This document shows, piece by piece, positions 8,074 to 16,734 of a stretch of DNA of 64,000 nucleotides (its first letter is position 1; every line of letters starts with the position of its first letter). Position numbers and translations under genes: made by a program. The stretch is taken from contig JAFUBO010000006.1 of NCBI GenBank assembly GCA_017460175.1, positions 55,383 through 119,382 on the forward strand. The letters are read 5' to 3'. Origin of the DNA: Bacilli bacterium (GTDB lineage Bacteria; Bacillota_I; Bacilli_A; RF39; UBA660). The notes below the pieces were generated by a model. It worked only from the letters and a program-made list of their open reading frames with translations. It was not told the origin of the DNA and did no database searches.

Positions 8074-9346
8074 AATCAATATCAGAAAAAGAGGAAACTT
8101 CTATGAATATAGAATTGAAATAGCAAAGGTAGATAATAAAAGACAATGGTTAAGTAAATCAGGATTTAGAACTAAAGCAGAAGCTTTAGAATCTGGTTCC
8201 CTTGCATATACTGAATACTTAAATGCAGGTATTCCATTTAAACAATGTGATTTATCTTATTCAGATTATCTTGATTATTGGTTAGAAAATTATTGTATGA
8301 ATAATCTAAAATATAATACTATTCAAACATATAAAATAATAATAAATAAGTATTTAAAAAAGAGTATAGGAAAATATAAGTTATCAACAATAACAAGTGT
8401 TGCTTTAAATTCATTTATAACTGATTTAGTTAATGAGTATAATCATTCTAAAACTTATTATAAGAATATATTAAAAGTTATTAAAGGATCATTTAGAGAT
8501 GCATGTAATCTATATGGATTTATAAAATATAATCCAGCTCTTACATTAAGACTACCTAAAATAGAAGAAGAACTTAATAATAAAAGACATTATTATACAA
8601 ATGAAGAAATAGATAAAATAATGGATAGATTTAAGGACAATGCTACATTTGTAGCTTCGTTCTTAACATCATGTTATACAGGAATGAGAACTGGAGAAGT
8701 GTTTGCTCTTACTTGGGAAGATATTGATTTAGAAAATGGAATAATAAATATAAGACATAACTTATATGATAAACCTAAAGATAGTTTAGGAAGATGGTAT
8801 TTGGGAACGACTAAAACTATATCTGGGACAAGACAAATTTACATTGGAAATACATTAATAACAGCTTTAAAGAACTATAAAGAAAGACAAGAATATCTTA
8901 AAGAAGTATTTGGTAAAGATTATAAATATTATCACTTAGAAACAATAACAAATGATAATGGAAAAGTTGTTGATAAAAGAATAGTTATTAACAAAGATAA
9001 TGAAGAAAAATTAAATCTAGTATTTACTAATGATGATGGATCATTCTCTGGAACTGATGTTCCTAAATATCCATTTAAAATAATACATAATGAATTAGGA
9101 ATAGAAAAATGTAGATTCTATGATTTAAGAGGAACTTATGCAACTAAAGTATTAAATAACGGAACTAAGATTAATGATGTAGCTAATTTGTTAGGACATA
9201 GAAATGTAGAAACAACAGAAAATTATTACATTACAAGTTTAGAGGATAATAGAAAGAGTGCTGTAGAATTATTTGATAAAAATAATAAATCTAATGTTAT
9301 AGAAAATGTAATAAAATTTCAAATACAAGAAGGTAAATTAGTATGA
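8066..9346 (+). CDS. Tyrosine integrase 2 (paralog of integrase 1)
   Basis: TGMRTGE, FYDLRGTYAT (YxxR instead of HxxR), LGHRNVETTENYY; same arm-binding N-terminus and SYSDYLDYW segment as integrase 1. Confidence 0.92.
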   Translation: MSKINIRKRGNFYEYRIEIAKVDNKRQWLSKSGFRTKAEALESGSLAYTEYLNAGIPFKQCDLSYSDYLDYWLENYCMNNLKYNTIQTYKIIINKYLKKSIGKYKLSTITSVALNSFITDLVNEYNHSKTYYKNILKVIKGSFRDACNLYGFIKYNPALTLRLPKIEEELNNKRHYYTNEEIDKIMDRFKDNATFVASFLTSCYTGMRTGEVFALTWEDIDLENGIINIRHNLYDKPKDSLGRWYLGTTKTISGTRQIYIGNTLITALKNYKERQEYLKEVFGKDYKYYHLETITNDNGKVVDKRIVINKDNEEKLNLVFTNDDGSFSGTDVPKYPFKIIHNELGIEKCRFYDLRGTYATKVLNNGTKINDVANLLGHRNVETTENYYITSLEDNRKSAVELFDKNNKSNVIENVIKFQIQEGKLV

Positions 9347-10527
9347 ATTATGCAATATTTAGAAGTGAACCTATTTATACTTTAAATGATTTAGCACAAA
9401 TTGGATCACATAATAAAAGAGAGAAAAAAACATATCAATCTAATCCTGATATAGACTTATCTAAAACAAAAAATAATGTAGAACTTGTTCCACTTAATAT
9501 GAAATATGTTAAAGGATTTTATGAAATAACTAAAGACTATAAAAAAGAACATGAAGAAAGAATGAAAATTGAAAGAGATGATAGAAAAAGAACATTTAGA
9601 CAAATGGTAGATAAATCAAAAAGTGTAGTTGCAGATGAATTAGTATTCACTGCAACACACACATTCTTTAATGATATGAGTAAAGAAGATATTAAAAACT
9701 GGGCTGACAGATGTATGGAATTTGTACATTTTGGGTTAGGATATGAAGATAATCAAATATTACATGCAACATTACATATGGATGAAAAAACACCTCATGT
9801 TCATTGTGTAGTAGTTCCAATAGTTAAGAAGTTAGATAAAAGAACTAATACAGAAAGGTATACAATATCTAAAAAACAATTTATACGTGATAAAGAACAC
9901 TTGAGTGAGTTACAAGATGAATATTGTGAATATCTAAATATGTGTGGTTTTGCTTTAGAAAGAGGAACTAAACATAGTGATAGAGAACATATTAATATTA
10001 AAGAGTTTAAGAAGCTAACTAAATCATTAACTAATGAACTAGATCTAAAAGATGATAAGTTATCAAAATCAATTAATGAATTAGAAGAAAAAATGAAATC
10101 AAATAAGACTGTTATGTTTGATAAAGAATCTGTTAAAGTTAAGAAAGAAACTTTTGATAGTATGAATAAAGTAGTAGAAGAAGCAAAGAAAGTTAAAGAT
10201 TTAAAACCTAAACTAAATAATGCTTATAAGAACCTTAAAGAGGTAACAAATGATTATTCAAAAATACATCAACAAAATATGAAACTAGAAGATGAAAATA
10301 GAAATTTAAAATATGAAAATACTAATTTAAGATATAAAGCATTTACTTTATCTAATACAATTGATACATTAAAAAATGTCATCAATAAAATGGCTAATTT
10401 TGTATATCATTTAGTAGCTGATGGATTAATACCTAGACATAAAGAAGATGAATTTAATGATGAATTTGAAGAGTTTATTAGTGGTAAAAGGAAGAATAAG
10501 GACAAAGACGACAGTCTTGTTCTTTAG
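9343..10527 (+). CDS. MobV/Pre-family relaxase (plasmid recombination enzyme)
   Basis: N-terminal YAIFR...HNKRE, HUH motif ATLHMDEKTPHVH, LERG, coiled-coil C-terminus. Confidence 0.92.
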   Translation: MNYAIFRSEPIYTLNDLAQIGSHNKREKKTYQSNPDIDLSKTKNNVELVPLNMKYVKGFYEITKDYKKEHEERMKIERDDRKRTFRQMVDKSKSVVADELVFTATHTFFNDMSKEDIKNWADRCMEFVHFGLGYEDNQILHATLHMDEKTPHVHCVVVPIVKKLDKRTNTERYTISKKQFIRDKEHLSELQDEYCEYLNMCGFALERGTKHSDREHINIKEFKKLTKSLTNELDLKDDKLSKSINELEEKMKSNKTVMFDKESVKVKKETFDSMNKVVEEAKKVKDLKPKLNNAYKNLKEVTNDYSKIHQQNMKLEDENRNLKYENTNLRYKAFTLSNTIDTLKNVINKMANFVYHLVADGLIPRHKEDEFNDEFEEFISGKRKNKDKDDSLVL

Positions 10528-10544
10528 ACTATCTTTCTGACAAG

Positions 10545-10589
10545 ATAGTAACACACTATGATATTGGCAGAGCCAATAACAATGTGTGC
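10545..10589 (-). other. MOBV (pMV158-type) oriT
   Basis: Minus strand reads GCACAC-[TATTGGC/GCCAATA hairpin]-TAGTGTGTTA, matching the pMV158 nick region TAGTGTG^TTA preceded by GCACAC. Confidence 0.75.
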
Positions 10590-10802
10590 CAAGGATAAAC
10601 CCTTTGGAATCTCATTCAAGCACCAATACTACAAACTAACGTAAGTAGTAAAGGTGCCTTTTTTATTTCAACATTGCGTTTCATAAAAAAGAAAAATACT
10701 ATCGCCACTTTCATTACTTCGTAACAAAACGTGCCACGTATTTTATCATGTTAGAATGCCGTAAAATCGTGGTATAATATTTTTAATGGAAGGAGTGATA
10801 TT

Positions 10803-12941
10803 ATGTCAAATTTGTTAAAAGATAATAAAGAATTAATGATCGAATGGAATTATGATAAGAATAAAAATGTTGATATAAATAATATCACTCTTGGATCGAA
10901 TAAAAAAGTATGGTGGATATGTAATAAAGGTCATGAATGGCAAGCAATTATAGCAAGTCGTTCAACATATAAAACAGGGTGCCCTTATTGTTCAAATAAA
11001 AAAATATTAAAAGGTTATAATGATTTAGTGACTGTTAACTATAATTTATCGTTAGATTGGGATTATAAAAAAAATAAAATTAATCCTACAATTATTTCAC
11101 CAAACTCACATGAACATGTATGGTGGAAGTGTTCTAAATGTGGACATGAATGGAACGCAGAAATAAAGTCAAGAAATCAAGGGGTTGGTTGTCCTGAATG
11201 TGGTAAGAAAAAATTTATAAAGACTAGAATTAGTAACTCTATTCAAAAAAAGGGCTCTCTAGCAACTAATTATCCCTATATAGCAAGTCAATGGAATTAT
11301 AATAAAAATGAAGGCTTAAAACCAGAAGAAGTTACTCCATATTCAAGTAAAAAAATATGGTGGATATGTGAAAAAGGTCATGAGTGGGAAACAACAATTT
11401 CAAGTAGAACAATGAGCAAGACCGGTTGCCCTTATTGCACAAATGAAACGCAAACATCTTTTGCTGAACAAACATTGTTTTACTATTTAAAAAAAATTTT
11501 CAAAAATGTATATAATAGGTATTTAATTGAGAATCAGGAAGTAGATATTTTTATACCAAAGTATTTAATTGGTATTGAATATGATGGAGCAAGATTTCAC
11601 AACAATAAATCATCTATTAAACGTGAACAAAATAAATATCAAATATTAAAGAAAAATAAAATTACATTGATAAGAATAAGGGAGTATTATAATGAAACAT
11701 ATAATATAGATTCAGCTGATTATTATCTTGGATATAGTAATAATCAAAAAAATAAGAATCTAAATAATATAGTTAGAGATATGTTTGATTTAATTTCAAG
11801 AATAATAGATAAAAAAATTTCATTAGATATTGATGTAGATAGAGATAGAAGTGATATTTATAATTTATACATTTTAAGTGAAAAAGAAAATAGTCTATTA
11901 CTAAAAAAACCAGAAATATGCAAATATTGGAATTATGAAAGAAATGGATTATTAACTCCAGATAAGGTTCCTGCAGGAAGCAGTAAAAGAGTTTGGTGGA
12001 AATGCGAATATGGTCATGAATGGCAGGCAATAATATCAAGTAGAACAGAAAAAAGTGATTGTCCATTTTGTTTAAATCAAAAAGTTTTGAAGGGATTCAA
12101 TGATATAAAAACTACTAGTCCAGATTTATTGGCCGAGTGGAATTTTGATAAAAATAAAATAAAACCAGATGAAATAACTTCTGGAAGTAATCAAAAAATC
12201 TGGTGGAAGTGTTCTAAGTGCGGACATGAATGGAACGCTATTGTTAATAGTAGAGTTCGTGGTAATGGATGTCCAAATTGTAAGAAAGATAAAATATCAA
12301 TACAACAAAAAGAAGTTGGCTTAAAAAAGTATGGTAGTTTGAAGAAAAATCATCCGACTTTATTAAATGAATGGGACTATCAGAAGAATAAGGAAATAAA
12401 TCCGGATAAAATAACTTCTTCAGCAAAATATAAGGTTTGGTGGAAATGTTCTAAATGCGGACATGAATGGAATGCTTGGATAGCAGATAGAACACAAGGA
12501 AAAGGTTGCCCAGAATGTGGCAAGGAAAAAATGATACAAAAAAGAATAGCAAACCAAATTGCTATTACCGGAAGTTTATATGATAACAATATTGATTTAG
12601 CTAAAGAATGGAATTATGAAAAAAATAAGGAATTAAATCCTAAAAGTGTTACATCTAACTCAAATAAAAAGATCTGGTGGAAGTGTTCTAAATGTGGATA
12701 TGAATGGCAGGCAATAATATCTTCTAGAAATAGTGGTGCAGGTTGTCCAAAATGTACAAATCATATAAAACGAAGAGTTGGACAATATGATAAAAAGTAT
12801 ATTTTAATAAATGAGTATGCTTCTATATATGAAGCATCCAAGAGTACAGGTATTCATACAACATCCATTAGTAATGTATGCAAAGGAATCTCAAAAACAG
12901 CTGGAAAATATTATTGGAAATATTTAGATGATGAGAAGTAG
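10803..12941 (+). CDS. Multi zinc-ribbon (treble-clef/DUF4379-like) repeat protein with central Vsr/DUF559-like nuclease and C-terminal NUMOD1-like HTH
   Basis: Seven W-x3-N...WWxC..GHEW...CPxC repeats; EVDIFIP...IGIEYDGARFH; VGQYD...EYASIYEASKSTGI...ISNVCKG..KTAGKYYWKY. Confidence 0.8.
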   Translation: MSNLLKDNKELMIEWNYDKNKNVDINNITLGSNKKVWWICNKGHEWQAIIASRSTYKTGCPYCSNKKILKGYNDLVTVNYNLSLDWDYKKNKINPTIISPNSHEHVWWKCSKCGHEWNAEIKSRNQGVGCPECGKKKFIKTRISNSIQKKGSLATNYPYIASQWNYNKNEGLKPEEVTPYSSKKIWWICEKGHEWETTISSRTMSKTGCPYCTNETQTSFAEQTLFYYLKKIFKNVYNRYLIENQEVDIFIPKYLIGIEYDGARFHNNKSSIKREQNKYQILKKNKITLIRIREYYNETYNIDSADYYLGYSNNQKNKNLNNIVRDMFDLISRIIDKKISLDIDVDRDRSDIYNLYILSEKENSLLLKKPEICKYWNYERNGLLTPDKVPAGSSKRVWWKCEYGHEWQAIISSRTEKSDCPFCLNQKVLKGFNDIKTTSPDLLAEWNFDKNKIKPDEITSGSNQKIWWKCSKCGHEWNAIVNSRVRGNGCPNCKKDKISIQQKEVGLKKYGSLKKNHPTLLNEWDYQKNKEINPDKITSSAKYKVWWKCSKCGHEWNAWIADRTQGKGCPECGKEKMIQKRIANQIAITGSLYDNNIDLAKEWNYEKNKELNPKSVTSNSNKKIWWKCSKCGYEWQAIISSRNSGAGCPKCTNHIKRRVGQYDKKYILINEYASIYEASKSTGIHTTSISNVCKGISKTAGKYYWKYLDDEK

Positions 12942-12971
12942 CAATACTTCTTTTATATTGCATAAAAATAC

Positions 12972-13092
12972 CACAACACTTTTAGTTGACGGAAAATACT
13001 ACGTGGACATTGTTTATTTAATCAATATGTAGTATAATATCCTTGTAAACAAAGGATAAATTGGATGATGACTTTGTCCACATTTTGTCCAC
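12972..13092. repeat. Right-arm integrase arm-type sites
   Basis: TTTGTCCACATTTTGTCCAC 13073-13092 identical to 2490-2509; CGTGGACA near 13002; CACAACACTTTT 12972-12983 is the inverse of AAAAGTGTTGTG 2539-2550. Confidence 0.75.
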
Positions 13093-13226
13093 ATTGAACA
13101 AATTATTAGTAATATTTATAATACAAATAATACTGATAATAATATGTACTAAATGCCCATAAAATAAGGCAAAAAGCCATAATACTATATGTACCAAATA
13201 TAGTGTAAATATGCTCAAAAAGGGAG

Positions 13227-13270
13227 CATGTGGCTCAGACAAGAAATATAAGCAGTGCCATGGTAAATAA
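13227..13270 (+). pseudogene. attR core plus displaced secA 3' tail (CGSDKKYKQCHGK*)
   Basis: CATGTGGCTCAGACAAGAAATATAAGCAGTGCCATGGTAAATAA aligns without gaps to secA 2387-2430. Confidence 0.88.
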
Positions 13271-13317
13271 ACTCGCAACACCGCATAAAATAAGGGAAAA
13301 CGCGAGTTTTTTCTTTG

Positions 13318-13371
13318 CTAAAAAATTGCGAAAAATCATGAAAATTTCACTTTAGATACCTTTTAGATACC
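13318..13371 (+). repeat. ~54-bp direct repeat copy 1 with tandem TTAGATACC motif
   Basis: CTAAAAAATTGCGAAAAATCATGAAAA...TTTAGATACCTTTTAGATACC; similar to 14170-14223. Confidence 0.7.
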
Positions 13372-13430
13372 TTTTCACAGGTGTTTTTGAAAACTAATAA
13401 GTATGATATAATTAATAAAGGAGTGGTAAC

Positions 13431-14162
13431 ATGGAAAAACTACAATTTGAAAATGAACATTTTATATTGTATTCACCAGATAGTTTAAAATATATAACTG
13501 ATAATATGCAGAACATTTTGACTAAATCATTTGAGTATTATAAAATACTTTTTGATGTTGATACCTTTAGGAAATTTCAAATTAATTATTTTGATGATAT
13601 AGAAAAATTTAGAAATTACATTTATGCCTTAAGAGGCGAGAAAGAATCGTTACCTAAATATGCAAAAGGTACATTTGATAATGGAATGGTAAATTCATAT
13701 ATTAGTCCTAACATAGATATTAACAGTACACAATACCACAAAACATTATATATGGCTTCACATGAATTATTCCATATAATGTATCAAGAATTAGTTTGGA
13801 AAAAAGAAAACAAAGATCGAATAATCTGGTTTGATGAGGGAATGGCTCAATTATTTTCTGGAGAGAATGATTACAATTTAAGTGAAGATAATTTTCCTAA
13901 TTGGTTTAATTATGTATTAAATAGAACACATGAAATTCCAAATTTGAATGAATTAAAACATGGCTCTAGCTTTGAAAATGAAAAATATAGTGGTTATAAC
14001 TTAAGTTTATTATCAGTAAAATATTTATATGAAACCCTTGAACAAGAAGAGTTTAAAAAGTTAATGCATGATAACAATAGAATAATTGAATATGGAAAAA
14101 CTGTAGTGCAAGACTCTATTGAGTATTATCAAAAAAAGTTAAAACAAAGTAAAACAAAATAA
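13431..14162 (+). CDS. Gluzincin-like metallopeptidase domain protein
   Basis: SHELFH (HExxH) with downstream WFDEGMA third ligand; no signal peptide. Confidence 0.65.
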   Translation: MEKLQFENEHFILYSPDSLKYITDNMQNILTKSFEYYKILFDVDTFRKFQINYFDDIEKFRNYIYALRGEKESLPKYAKGTFDNGMVNSYISPNIDINSTQYHKTLYMASHELFHIMYQELVWKKENKDRIIWFDEGMAQLFSGENDYNLSEDNFPNWFNYVLNRTHEIPNLNELKHGSSFENEKYSGYNLSLLSVKYLYETLEQEEFKKLMHDNNRIIEYGKTVVQDSIEYYQKKLKQSKTK

Positions 14163-14169
14163 GAACTTA

Positions 14170-14223
14170 CTAAAAAATCTCGAAAAATCATAAAAAAGTA
14201 TTTTAGATACCTTTTTAGATAAC
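14170..14223 (+). repeat. ~54-bp direct repeat copy 2
   Basis: CTAAAAAATCTCGAAAAATCATAAAAA...TTTAGATACCTTTTTAGATAAC. Confidence 0.7.
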
Positions 14224-14299
14224 TTCTGAGAGATTTTTTATTGCAAATTGATAGTTATATGTTATAATCTATTACGAAAACTTTGTTTGGAGGGGTAGT

Positions 14300-15133
14300 A
14301 TGCTAGATTGTTTATTAGATGCTTTAATGGATACTTTAAAAATAATCCCATATCTATTTATAACATTCTTATTATTAGAATTAATAGAACATAAATTAAC
14401 TAAAAAAACACAAAAAGCAATAACTAAATATAATAAATTTGGGCCGATTATAGGTGGAATATTTGGTGGATTACCTCAATGTGGATTTAGTGCAATGGCA
14501 TCAAACTTATACACAGGTGGAGTAATTACAAAAGGAACACTAATTGCAATATTTTTATCAACAAGTGATGAAATGCTTCCAATTATGCTTGGAGAAAAAG
14601 TAAGTATACCATTAGTACTTAATATCATAGGATTCAAAGTAATAGTAGGTATTATAATAGGTTTAATAGTAGACTTAATAATTAAAAGTAAAATAGATGA
14701 TAAAAAGATAGAAGATATGTGTGATGAAGAACATTGTCACTGCAAAAATGGTATATTTATATCTAGTGTAATTCATACCATGAAAACTACTTTATTTTTA
14801 TTAATAGCTAATGTAGTTATAGGATTAGGAATATATTATATCGGAGAAAATAATTTAGCTAAATTACTTCACAGTAAAAATATATTAGTATATTTTGCTT
14901 CAAGTTTAATAGGATTAATTCCAAATTGTGCAGCATCAGTTATATTAACAGAAGTATATTTATCAAAATTAATTACAATAGGTACTTTATTATCAGGACT
15001 TTTAACAGGATCAGGTATTGGAATACTTCTATTATTTAAAAATAATAAAAATATAAAAGAAAATTTATTTATTATTTCAATAATATATTTTGTTGGAGTA
15101 ATAATAGGATTTTTAGTAGATTTATTTATTTAA
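14300..15133 (+). CDS. Putative manganese/metal transporter (DUF2899-like permease)
   Basis: Multi-TM; LPQCGFS and IPNCAAS repeated motifs; central EEHCHC. Confidence 0.75.
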   Translation: MLDCLLDALMDTLKIIPYLFITFLLLELIEHKLTKKTQKAITKYNKFGPIIGGIFGGLPQCGFSAMASNLYTGGVITKGTLIAIFLSTSDEMLPIMLGEKVSIPLVLNIIGFKVIVGIIIGLIVDLIIKSKIDDKKIEDMCDEEHCHCKNGIFISSVIHTMKTTLFLLIANVVIGLGIYYIGENNLAKLLHSKNILVYFASSLIGLIPNCAASVILTEVYLSKLITIGTLLSGLLTGSGIGILLLFKNNKNIKENLFIISIIYFVGVIIGFLVDLFI

Positions 15134-15171
15134 TAGACAAAATAAATAAATTGTGTTAATATAAAGACATA

Positions 15172-15358
15172 AATCAATGACGAAGGAATATTACTTAGTT
15201 AAGCATATTAGTGAGCTTGGTATAGTGAAAACAAGTTATGATACTAAATAATTCCTACCTTCAGAGTGAAATGTAAACATTTTCGGGTAACCGTTATCTA
15301 AAGCAAGTAAATAAAAGGATGGCACCGTCGCAAGACTCCTTCGCTATCCTTTTTTTGT
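15172..15358 (+). promoter_or_regulatory. T-box riboswitch (Pro)
   Basis: Stem I with AGTGA and GGT..TGAAA, CCT specifier at 15254-15256, CCGTTA, T-box AAGGATGGCACCGT, terminator with T-tract; upstream of proS. Confidence 0.88.
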
Positions 15359-15375
15359 TTAAAAGGAGGATTATT

Positions 15376-16644
15376 ATGAGATTAAAAAATTTAAATATTA
15401 AAAAAATTAATTTAAATGATGTGGATAAAAACTATTCAGGACAAGATATCTTAATGAAATTAGGAGAATTATATCAATTTGAAAGTGGTATCTATGGATA
15501 TGGTAATTTATGGACTAAGTTAGAAAGAATTGTTGAAGATATTATCATTGATGAACTAGATAAAGCAGGATGTATTCAAGTAGAATTTCCTAAACTTCAA
15601 CCTAGAAAGATTTGGGATCAATCTAATAGATGGGATACATACACTAAAGATGGAGATATCATGTTTACTATGAAAAATAACTTAGGTGAATATGGACTTG
15701 CACCTACTGCTGAAGAGTGTGCGACAATATTTGGTGCTAATAGATTACCATCATATAAGAATCTTCCAGCTACATATTATCAAATAGGTGAAAAGTTTAG
15801 AAAAGAAATTAGAACTAGAGGATATTTATTTAGACCTAGAACTTTTGTAATGATGGATGCATATTCTTTTGATAAAACAGAAGAAGATATGAAAAATACA
15901 TATAAATTAATGCATCAAGTATATCTAAATATCTTTAATAGATTAGGTATCAAAATTATTCCAACAGTAAGTGATAGTGGTGTAATTGGTGGGAAAGTTG
16001 CAGAAGAATTTCAAGCAGTTACCTCATTAGGTGAAGATAAAACATTATATGATGAATTAAATGATATTGGAATTAATAGGGAAGTATTAGACTTTGAAAA
16101 TAGAGATGAATACTTACGCCAACTAGGTGTAGATGATGTTAATCGTTTAGTTGAATACTCTACTGTAGAATTAGGAAATAATTTCCAATTAGGTACAAAG
16201 TATTCTGAATCTATGGGATTATTCTATATAGATGAAAAAGGAGAAAAATGTCCATATTATATGGGATGTTATGGAATAGGTCTAGGAAGAATAATTGCAT
16301 GTTTAATAGAAAATAATGTAATTAGAGATAATGATAAACTAAAAGGATTTGCTCTTCCATATAATATTGCTCCATATAAAGTACAAATAATTTATAATGA
16401 AGATAATAAAGAAATAGCTGAAAACTTATATAAATACTTAAATGATAATGGCATAAAAGCTATTATTGATGATAGAGAAAACTTAAATATTGGTAATAGA
16501 ATAAACGATGTATATGTTTTAGGTACACCTAAAATGATCATTTTAGGTAAGAAATTTGATGGAACTACTTATGAAATAGAGGATACTAAAACTAATGAAA
16601 TTACTACTACAGACTTAAATAATATTTTAAATGTATTAAAATAA
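15376..16644 (+). CDS. proS: Proline--tRNA ligase (short form without INS editing domain)
   Basis: LAPTAEE, YQIGEKFRKEIR, FVMMDAYSFD, FQLGTKYS, MGCYGIG; RBS AGGAGG before ATG 15376. Confidence 0.93.
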   Translation: MRLKNLNIKKINLNDVDKNYSGQDILMKLGELYQFESGIYGYGNLWTKLERIVEDIIIDELDKAGCIQVEFPKLQPRKIWDQSNRWDTYTKDGDIMFTMKNNLGEYGLAPTAEECATIFGANRLPSYKNLPATYYQIGEKFRKEIRTRGYLFRPRTFVMMDAYSFDKTEEDMKNTYKLMHQVYLNIFNRLGIKIIPTVSDSGVIGGKVAEEFQAVTSLGEDKTLYDELNDIGINREVLDFENRDEYLRQLGVDDVNRLVEYSTVELGNNFQLGTKYSESMGLFYIDEKGEKCPYYMGCYGIGLGRIIACLIENNVIRDNDKLKGFALPYNIAPYKVQIIYNEDNKEIAENLYKYLNDNGIKAIIDDRENLNIGNRINDVYVLGTPKMIILGKKFDGTTYEIEDTKTNEITTTDLNNILNVLK

Positions 16645-16734
16645 ATAATTTAAATAAAAAGTAAAGGAAATTAATCCTTTATTTTTTTTTATAGTAGTGC
16701 TATAATAAAAAACTAATTTAAAAAGGAGGTGGGA

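Larger units (their letters stand above)
2387..13238 (+). mobile_element. Integrative mobilizable element (IME) inserted in the 3' end of secA
   Basis: 12-bp direct repeat CATGTGGCTCAG at 2387-2398 and 13227-13238; second copy continues as a displaced secA tail; contains two tyrosine integrases, xis, HTH rep-like gene, MobV relaxase and oriT. Confidence 0.9.

Noticed and set aside
2647-9346. RIT element or prophage
   Set aside because: Only two non-adjacent integrases with arm domains; no third recombinase and no phage structural genes
10803-12941. Recurrent TGGTGGAA(A/G)TGTTCTAA.TG.GGACATGAATGG as a DNA repeat array or DGR template
   Set aside because: Fully explained by protein repeats; no reverse transcriptase and no adenine-specific variation evident
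13018-13281. 87-aa minus-strand ORF
   Set aside because: Spans attR and arm repeats; its resemblance to ORF 2181-2714 is just the antisense of the duplicated secA tail and arm sites
15319-15375. N-terminal extension of ProRS in the ORF track
   Set aside because: Lies within the T-box terminator; the RBS supports ATG 15376
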